In this document: positions 43,603 to 49,878 of the stretch, piece after piece
How the letters are laid out: every line of letters begins with the position of its first letter
How positions within the stretch are numbered: the first letter of the stretch is position 1
NCBI GenBank assembly: GCA_039030355.1
Contig: JBCCEI010000001.1
Location: 1 to 49,878, forward strand
Length of the DNA: 49,878 nucleotides
Reading direction: 5' to 3'
Origin: Pseudomonadota bacterium
Lineage (GTDB): Bacteria; Pseudomonadota; Gammaproteobacteria; UBA4575
Program-made: the position numbers and the translations under genes
Notes under the pieces: model-generated
What the model was told of the DNA's origin: nothing
Databases searched by the model: none
Seen by the model: the letters and a program-made list of their open reading frames with translations, nothing else

Positions 43603-46506
43603 ATGCAGCCAGAACTTACTACTATTGCCAACGAAAAAGCCCCTAACCCAAGTCATGAGAATAATGCACCTACCAAGCTGGAAATTGCTGCCACTGCACC
43701 TGGGCAATACCGTGTAATTCGCCGTAACGGCAAAGTCACCAGCTTTGATCGCGAGAAAATCAAGGTTGCCGTTACCAAAGCCTTCCTCGCAGTAGAAGGT
43801 GGCCATGCTGCCGCTTCCTCTCGAATTCATGAAATGGTCAATGAAATCTCCGAAACAGTGTTTTATGCACTTTCGCGTAGTCGTCCACAAGGTGGCACCT
43901 TCCATATAGAAGATATTCAGGATCAGGTTGAACTGGCATTGATGCGCAGCGAGCACCATAAAATTGCGCGAGCGTATGTCCTATATAGAGAAGAGCGCCA
44001 TAAAGAACGCGAACAAATTGAAAAAGTAGCACAAGAAACACAGCAAACTAGTGATACACCTAGCCTACACGTAAAGGATGAGGCAGGTGAATTAAATCCA
44101 CTTGATGTGGAACGTATGGCACGCATGATTGAAGAAGCCTGCATTGCAACAGCTGATGTAGAAGCTAAGCCGATCATTGATGAAACGCTACGTAATTTAT
44201 ATGACGGCATTCCTGAAGATGAAGTGGGCACTGCAGTAACCATGAGCGCACGCACACTAATTGAACAAGAGCCCAACTACACGTATGTAACTGCACGAAT
44301 ATTGCTAGACAGTTTGCGACGTGAAGCACTTAGTTTTGTATACGGTATGCCGTCAGAGGCAACATTCAAAGAAATGGCATATCAGTATGCCGACTACTTT
44401 GAAAACTATATTCAAAAGGCAATTAAACTTGAACTGTTAGATGCAAAACTTGCAAGTGAATATGATCTAAAAATATTAGGTAAAGCACTGGATCCAAAAC
44501 GTGATCACCAATTCACCTATCTTGGCATGCAAACCTTATATGACCGTTACTTTATTCAAAGTGAAGGCACACGCTTTGAATTACCACAAGCATTTTTCAT
44601 GCGCGTAGCAATGGGCCTTGCGCTAAATGAAGTTGAACGCGAAGCACGCGCAATCGAATTCTATAATTTGTTGTCCTCATTTGATTTCATGAGCTCAACT
44701 CCAACCTTGTTTAACTCTGGCACCTTACGCCCACAGTTATCTTCATGTTACTTGACCACTGTGCCGGATGATTTGCACGGTATCTTTGAAGCCATTCAAG
44801 ACGATGCCATGTTATCTAAATTTGCTGGCGGCCTGGGCAATGATTGGACTCCTGTTCGTTCAATGGGCGCGCACATCAAAGGCACCAATGGTAAATCACA
44901 AGGTGTGGTGCCATTTCTTAAAGTTGCCAATGATACTGCAGTGGCCGTGAACCAGGGCGGCAAACGTAAAGGAGCAATGTGCGCCTACTTGGAAACCTGG
45001 CACTTAGATGTAGAAGAGTTTTTAGATTTACGAAAAAACACGGGTGATGATCGCCGTCGTACCCATGATATGAATACTGCCAACTGGGTGCCTGATTTAT
45101 TCATGAAGCGTGTTACAGAAAACAAGCCTTGGACGCTGTTCTCACCACATGAAACACCAGACCTGCATGATCTTAGCGGCAGAGCGTTTGAAGAACGTTA
45201 TATCGCCTATGAGCAAATGACAGAAACCGGTGAAATTAAAAACTTTAAGAAAGTTCAAGCCGTAGACCTGTGGCGAAAGATGTTAGGTATGTTGTATGAA
45301 ACAGGCCATCCTTGGATCACATTTAAGGATCCTTGCAACTTACGTTCTCCGCAACAACATGCAGGCGTGGTGCACTCATCAAACTTGTGTACAGAAATTA
45401 CACTCAATACTACTAAAGATGAGATCGCCGTGTGTAACTTAGGTTCGGTTAATCTTCCTGCACACATTGATGAAAATGGCATTAACCTTAAAAAGTTGAA
45501 ACAAACTATTTCAACTGCCATGCGCATGTTGGATAACGTAATCGAATATAACTACTACAGCGTAGACAAAGCTAAGCGTTCGAACTTGCGTCATCGCCCT
45601 GTAGGTCTGGGCATGATGGGTTTTCAGGATGCATTATATAAACAGAACATCACCTATAGCAGCCAGGAAGCAGTTGAATTCGCTGATCGCTCAATGGAGG
45701 CCATCAGTTACTTCGCTATTCAGGCATCAACAGATTTGGCTGAAGAGCGTGGCACTTATGCAACCTTCAAAGGATCATTATGGGATCAAGGTGTTTTGCC
45801 AATCGATTCCATCGACTTTTTAGAACAAGGTCGTGGTGATTATCTAAAACAAGATCGTAGTCGCACAATGGATTGGGACAGTTTGCGCCAACGCGTACAA
45901 ACAACTGGCATGCGCAACTCAAACACAATGGCGATAGCACCCACCGCAACCATCTCAAATATATGTGGTGTCACGCAAAGCATAGAGCCCACCTACCAAA
46001 ACTTATTTGTTAAATCGAATTTGTCTGGTGAGTTCACCGTCAGCAACCCATATTTAATTGCAGACCTTAAAAAGCGTGACCTTTGGGATGAAGTGATGGC
46101 AAATGATCTCAAATATTACGACGGAAGCGTGCAATCGATAGATCGCGTTCCTGAAGATTTAAAAAGTTTATATGCCACTGCCTTTGAAGTGGATCCACGT
46201 TGGTTAGTTGAAGCAGCTTCTCGCCGGCAAAAGTGGATCGATCAAGGTCAGTCGTTGAATTTATACATGTCAGAACCCTCTGGGCAAAAGCTAGATAACT
46301 TATACAAACTAGCTTGGGTGCGTGGTTTAAAAACTACGTACTACTTGCGTTCCATGGGTGCTACACATGTAGAGAAAAGTACCGTTCAAGGTCGAGAAAG
46401 CAAACTGAATGCTGTAAGTAACGCTAGCAGCAATGGCGAAAGCGTTGGCAGCGAAGCACCAAAAGCTTGCTCGATTTTGGATCCAGATTGTGAAGCCTGC
46501 CAATAG
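43603..46506 (+). CDS. nrdA: Class Ia ribonucleotide reductase alpha subunit (long, Pseudomonas-type with extended N-terminus)
   Basis: 967 aa. ATP-cone (YRVIRRNGKVTSFDREKIKVAV), catalytic NLCTEI and C-terminal CEAC redox pair. Confidence 0.95.
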   Translation: MQPELTTIANEKAPNPSHENNAPTKLEIAATAPGQYRVIRRNGKVTSFDREKIKVAVTKAFLAVEGGHAAASSRIHEMVNEISETVFYALSRSRPQGGTFHIEDIQDQVELALMRSEHHKIARAYVLYREERHKEREQIEKVAQETQQTSDTPSLHVKDEAGELNPLDVERMARMIEEACIATADVEAKPIIDETLRNLYDGIPEDEVGTAVTMSARTLIEQEPNYTYVTARILLDSLRREALSFVYGMPSEATFKEMAYQYADYFENYIQKAIKLELLDAKLASEYDLKILGKALDPKRDHQFTYLGMQTLYDRYFIQSEGTRFELPQAFFMRVAMGLALNEVEREARAIEFYNLLSSFDFMSSTPTLFNSGTLRPQLSSCYLTTVPDDLHGIFEAIQDDAMLSKFAGGLGNDWTPVRSMGAHIKGTNGKSQGVVPFLKVANDTAVAVNQGGKRKGAMCAYLETWHLDVEEFLDLRKNTGDDRRRTHDMNTANWVPDLFMKRVTENKPWTLFSPHETPDLHDLSGRAFEERYIAYEQMTETGEIKNFKKVQAVDLWRKMLGMLYETGHPWITFKDPCNLRSPQQHAGVVHSSNLCTEITLNTTKDEIAVCNLGSVNLPAHIDENGINLKKLKQTISTAMRMLDNVIEYNYYSVDKAKRSNLRHRPVGLGMMGFQDALYKQNITYSSQEAVEFADRSMEAISYFAIQASTDLAEERGTYATFKGSLWDQGVLPIDSIDFLEQGRGDYLKQDRSRTMDWDSLRQRVQTTGMRNSNTMAIAPTATISNICGVTQSIEPTYQNLFVKSNLSGEFTVSNPYLIADLKKRDLWDEVMANDLKYYDGSVQSIDRVPEDLKSLYATAFEVDPRWLVEAASRRQKWIDQGQSLNLYMSEPSGQKLDNLYKLAWVRGLKTTYYLRSMGATHVEKSTVQGRESKLNAVSNASSNGESVGSEAPKACSILDPDCEACQ

Positions 46507-46534
46507 CAGACATTAAATAGAGGAGAAAGGGATT

Positions 46535-47878
46535 ATGCAAAGCTGGGAAGATCCAATTGCCGATGCGCGCGTCATGACCAGTGCCGCAGCACCTGCTGTA
46601 TTCACAGAACCAGATGTTGCTCAAGCCAAACCGCCTGCATCTGTGGCAAGCGCTATTGCAGCTAATGCACCATCGACAACACATACATTTGAAGAAGTGG
46701 TAGCGAAGCCAACGGATACCGCCATTGTTGAAGCAACAGAAGCACTAAATAAACTACGTGCAGAAGTTGAGGCCGAAGAAGCTCAGTCACAAATTCAAGC
46801 TAAAGCTGAGGACAAAGAACGCCATGATGGCGTGACAGGCTTAGAAAGCATTGAAATGGGTGCGAGTCGAATTCAAGTAGATGATAAAAAAATCATCAAC
46901 TGCCGTGCGGACCTCAATCAACTTGTGCCATTTAAGTATGAATGGGCATGGCAGAAGTATCTCGATGGTTGCGCAAACCATTGGATGCCTCAAGAAGTGA
47001 ACATGAATGCAGACATCTCACTTTGGAAAAACCCGGATGGTTTAACCGAAGATGAGCGTACTGTAATCAAACGTAACTTGGGCTTTTTCTCTACTGCAGA
47101 TTCATTGGTAGCCAATAATTTAGTGTTAGCAGTTTACCGCCATATTACCAATCCTGAATGCAGACAGTATTTACTAAGACAAGCATTTGAGGAGGCGGTG
47201 CATACACATGCATATCAATATTGCATTCAATCACTCGGCTTAGATGAAGGCGAAGTGTTTAATATGTACCGTGAAGTCCCTTCCGTTGCTAAAAAAGCAG
47301 AATGGGCACTGCCATACACAAACAGCTTGGGTGATCCAGATTTTCATACGGGCACATTAGAAGACGATCAACGTTTACTACGTGATTTAATTGCATTTTA
47401 CGTTGTATTTGAAGGCATCTTCTTCTACGTAGGCTTCGTACAAATTCTTTCCATGGGTCGTCGCAACAAAATGACCGGTGTTGCAGAACAGTTCCAATAC
47501 ATTCTGCGTGACGAATCCATGCATATGAATTTTGGTATTGATGTTATCAATCAAATTAAACTCGAGAACCCACACTTATGGACAGAGGCATTCCAACAAG
47601 AAATGATTGAACTCATTAAGAGCGGAGTAGAACTTGAAACAAGATATGCCTACGACACAATGCCTCGCGGTATTTTAGGGCTGAACGCACCAATGTTTGA
47701 AGAATATCTACAGTTCATTGCGAATCGTCGTTTCTCACAAATTGGTTTGCCGCAACAATATCAAAATGCAAATAACCCATTCCCTTGGATGTCTGAAATT
47801 TTAGACCTCAAGAAAGAAAAGAACTTCTTTGAAACACGTGTTACAGAATACCAAACAGGCGGTGCACTGACTTGGTAA
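46535..47878 (+). CDS. nrdB: Class Ia ribonucleotide reductase beta subunit with about 100-aa N-terminal extension
   Basis: 447 aa. Di-iron ligand motifs ([17 protein letters not shown]). [22 protein letters not shown] as in the Pseudomonas-type NrdB, from memory. Confidence 0.9.
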   Translation: MQSWEDPIADARVMTSAAAPAVFTEPDVAQAKPPASVASAIAANAPSTTHTFEEVVAKPTDTAIVEATEALNKLRAEVEAEEAQSQIQAKAEDKERHDGVTGLESIEMGASRIQVDDKKIINCRADLNQLVPFKYEWAWQKYLDGCANHWMPQEVNMNADISLWKNPDGLTEDERTVIKRNLGFFSTADSLVANNLVLAVYRHITNPECRQYLLRQAFEEAVHTHAYQYCIQSLGLDEGEVFNMYREVPSVAKKAEWALPYTNSLGDPDFHTGTLEDDQRLLRDLIAFYVVFEGIFFYVGFVQILSMGRRNKMTGVAEQFQYILRDESMHMNFGIDVINQIKLENPHLWTEAFQQEMIELIKSGVELETRYAYDTMPRGILGLNAPMFEEYLQFIANRRFSQIGLPQQYQNANNPFPWMSEILDLKKEKNFFETRVTEYQTGGALTW

Positions 47879-47946
47879 TCCATTCTAGGACAAACGTGTT
47901 TTAAAAAACCGGCGTTATGGGGCCACCACTATGGTGGTTATATTAA

Positions 47947-47973
47947 GGGAGCAACCTCTGCTCCCTTTTTTTT
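47947..47973 (+). terminator. Rho-independent terminator of nrdAB
   Basis: GGGAGCA-acctc-TGCTCCC followed by T8. Confidence 0.85.
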
Positions 47974-48013
47974 ATTCTAAAAAGCATCTATAAAATAAAC
48001 AAAGTTAAAATTA

Positions 48014-48553
48014 TTAACTAATCACTTTTTGCAATAATTCTTGATAGCATCGTTTGGCTCTATCCCCAAACATCGGGTCTTGAGCAAACTCCAGCTTTCT
48101 AATAATGTTATTCCAATCCCTGTCGCTGAGCGTTGAGTCTATTACAGGATAAACCGGATTTTCCTCCTTGTTCATGTGTTCTTTTTGTGTGCTGATATAA
48201 TCTGTTAAATATTTATAAAGCTTTTCTCTATCTTGAGGTTCGCTTGCTGATGCAGCCTGTATCATTTCAATTAGCTTATTCGTTAGCTCGGGTAATTCAT
48301 CATGTTCATGCAAAAGAAAAACTAATTCATTATGCACTTCATCAAAGTGCTCAAGAACATATTTGTATACAACATCTTCAAGTGGATGATGAATAAAATC
48401 TGGATACTCTCGCATATAACGAAGCGAATCTAAGATCAATTCAAGATCGATTCGATCACAATCTTTGAGAAATTTTGCCTGCTGCTCTAGATATTCTAAA
48501 AGCATGAAAAAATTTTTATGGTCTTTATGTAACTTTTCCAATATGGGTTGCAT
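48014..48553 (-). CDS. Hemerythrin-like (HHE cation-binding) domain protein
   Basis: About 179 aa from the ATG at 48553 (MQPILEKLHKDHKNF...). His/Glu pattern HKDH, HHPLED, HEHDE and KEENPVYP. Confidence 0.6.
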   Translation of the reverse strand: MQPILEKLHKDHKNFFMLLEYLEQQAKFLKDCDRIDLELILDSLRYMREYPDFIHHPLEDVVYKYVLEHFDEVHNELVFLLHEHDELPELTNKLIEMIQAASASEPQDREKLYKYLTDYISTQKEHMNKEENPVYPVIDSTLSDRDWNNIIRKLEFAQDPMFGDRAKRCYQELLQKVIS

Positions 48554-48578
48554 AATAATAAGATCAATAATATTTAAT

Positions 48579-48992
48579 TTAAGTTTTTGCTTCTTCCAGC
48601 ATTTTTTCAATCTTTTCTTCTACTTCCTGCGCAGTATTTTCAAGTATTTTATTATCAGAAAGAGCAGATAAAATGCTTTCAGGCCTGATAAATCCAATCT
48701 TAGTAGATGCAAGTTCTGTATAGACAGATATACGACAAGGTAATGCCATATTTAATCACATATCGGCAGAAAGGACTTTAGCCGCCTCCATTGGATTACA
48801 TACTTCAAATATTTTACATTCTTCTTTAAATGCAACACCCTTGCTACGAAGTGTTTTACCTAGATCATGAATATGTAAAATTCCAAAGCCATTATTTTTT
48901 ACTGCAACTTCTAAATCACTAACAGCTTGATCAAATGATTTCTCTGTCTCTACTATGTAATACATATTTGGAATTGTTTCAGAAGCATTCAT
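48579..48992 (-). pseudogene. DUF302-family gene interrupted by a single in-frame TGA (48756-48758)
   Basis: The N-terminal part, MNASETIPNMYYIVETEKSFDQAVSDLE...FEVCNPMEAAKVLSADM, stops at TGA. The same frame continues LNMALPCRISVYTELASTKIGFIRPE...EKMLEEAKT-TAA, which supplies the conserved LPCR core of DUF302. AAGGAG RBS before the ATG at 48992. Confidence 0.6.
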
Positions 48993-48993
48993 T

Positions 48994-49878
48994 TCAAAAC
49001 TCCTTTGACCAACCAAGCCCAAACTCAAATTGGTTCATTTTGATACGAATTTCTTGTGTGGGATCAAATGCACTTGCTCCTTTTACTGAATTATGCAAAG
49101 CATGCATTGCTTCAAGATTTATCGCACCCATGTTTTTTGTCTTAATCGTTGCGCCAAGCGTAATATGGTCTTCTACTACACCTGGTGCGAGAATATTAAA
49201 AAGAACTTGATCACTATCAATTGGGTTATCAGAATGACTATAACCAAACCGCATTGTGACATCAGGATGAGATTGCCATTGCAGACCTATTTTAAATATA
49301 TCGATATTATCCCATCCAAAACCGCCACCATTGTCTCCACCTAAACAACTATCCAAATCTGCACCACCCATTCCTGCTGTAGGACAAGCATATAAATTCT
49401 GGATATCGTTACTAATTGAATCTACTTCCTCATACCAAATCTTTTGATAATCCGCGACGAATGTAATTTTTTCAAAAAGGTCTATTGCAAATCCCACCCA
49501 TAGGGTTGGTGGCACATCAAAATCCCCATCTTCTGCAAATAAATCAGAATAGTCATCAAATTCATCCATCCAAATTTTTGAGCGGTAGGAAATTCCAAAA
49601 TCTGCAGTTCCAATTACATCTTTTACTAATGCACCAATTTGAAAACCTCCACCATAGGAATATTCTTGCCCATTACTGGTTAAATTTGTTGGCATGACTG
49701 TGCCACCACTTTCCGCAAACGTTTTGGTAAATCCTGCAAACGTTTCTAGACCATTACTTCGAAAAGATTGAATGGTAAAAATTGGACTAATCCCAACAGA
49801 AAACTTTTCAGAAAATTTATGTGCATAAGAGAAATTAAAGAACAGTTGAATAAGATCAACACCCGCGGTACCAGCACC
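48994..49878 (-). CDS. FadL/TodX-family outer-membrane transport protein, C-terminal part (5-prime end off window)
   Basis: The frame is open from the window end. The Gly/aromatic-rich beta-strand pattern ends in the terminal F (FEFGLGWSKEF). The ORF track shows only the part from an internal Met (49695). Confidence 0.6.
   Translation of the reverse strand, partial: GAGTAGVDLIQLFFNFSYAHKFSEKFSVGISPIFTIQSFRSNGLETFAGFTKTFAESGGTVMPTNLTSNGQEYSYGGGFQIGALVKDVIGTADFGISYRSKIWMDEFDDYSDLFAEDGDFDVPPTLWVGFAIDLFEKITFVADYQKIWYEEVDSISNDIQNLYACPTAGMGGADLDSCLGGDNGGGFGWDNIDIFKIGLQWQSHPDVTMRFGYSHSDNPIDSDQVLFNILAPGVVEDHITLGATIKTKNMGAINLEAMHALHNSVKGASAFDPTQEIRIKMNQFEFGLGWSKEF

Noticed and set aside
46496-46514. 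gcctgccaatagcagacatt at the end of nrdA resembles the right arm of the islet repeat (cggccaatagcggacatt).
   Set aside because: It encodes the conserved C-terminal CEACQ-stop of NrdA, and the rest of the hairpin unit is absent. It is most likely a chance partial similarity.
48756-48758. Selenocysteine (or TGA=Trp recoding) at the in-frame TGA of the DUF302 gene.
   Set aside because: The codon lies in a variable loop, not at a known redox Cys position. Only weak 4-5-bp stems follow it, with no convincing SECIS-like hairpin at the right distance. TGA clearly functions as a stop for neighbouring genes, so an alternative genetic code is excluded.
1-49878. Looked for a CRISPR array (short direct repeats with unique 30-40-nt spacers) and for cas genes that would explain the Cas6-like ORF.
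   Set aside because: No regularly spaced short repeats were seen anywhere. The only repeat family (6.6-9.1 kb) is separated by 400-600-bp protein-coding ORFs and is hairpin/two-arm in structure, so it is not a CRISPR.

Overview
This is an AT-rich chromosomal window from what looks like a sulfur-oxidising gammaproteobacterium (inferred from gene content only). All calls rest on by-eye motif reading of the ORF track and the raw sequence. No similarity search was run.

The centre of the window (15.8-28.6 kb, + strand) is a complete reverse-type dissimilatory sulfite reductase locus, dsrABEFHCMKLJOPN plus a Cys-less IscA-like dsrR.

Left of it lie:
- a MoxR AAA+ ATPase with its VWA/DUF2201 partner and a Sel1-repeat protein;
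- a divergent TrpD paralog;
- a MerT/MerP-like metal-handling module;
- a J-domain-PilZ fusion;
- a 2.5-kb, visibly more AT-rich islet (6.6-9.1 kb) of four small exported or membrane ORFs, each separated by copies of a conserved hairpin-repeat family;
- a set of Fe(II)/2OG oxygenases with a GNAT;
- a minus-strand operon divergent from dsrA. It encodes a TauD-like dioxygenase, a 66-aa protein and a stand-alone Cas6/Cmx6-like protein, followed by a DsrC paralog that lacks both functional cysteines.

Right of dsr lie:
- assorted exported proteins and mtgA;
- a NarX/NarL-type two-component pair with a rhodanese;
- a LuxR-regulated candidate exported redox cluster (cupin, a 489-aa unknown, a di-heme peroxidase/MauG-like protein);
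- an Atm1-type ABC exporter coupled to an S24-like protein;
- Pseudomonas-type class Ia nrdAB;
- a hemerythrin-like protein;
- a DUF302 gene interrupted by an in-frame TGA;
- a partial FadL-type porin.

I saw no rRNA, tRNA, CRISPR array, transposase or integrase. The most interesting candidates are the orphan Cas6-like/TauD/DsrC-like operon next to dsr and the repeat-punctuated ORF islet.
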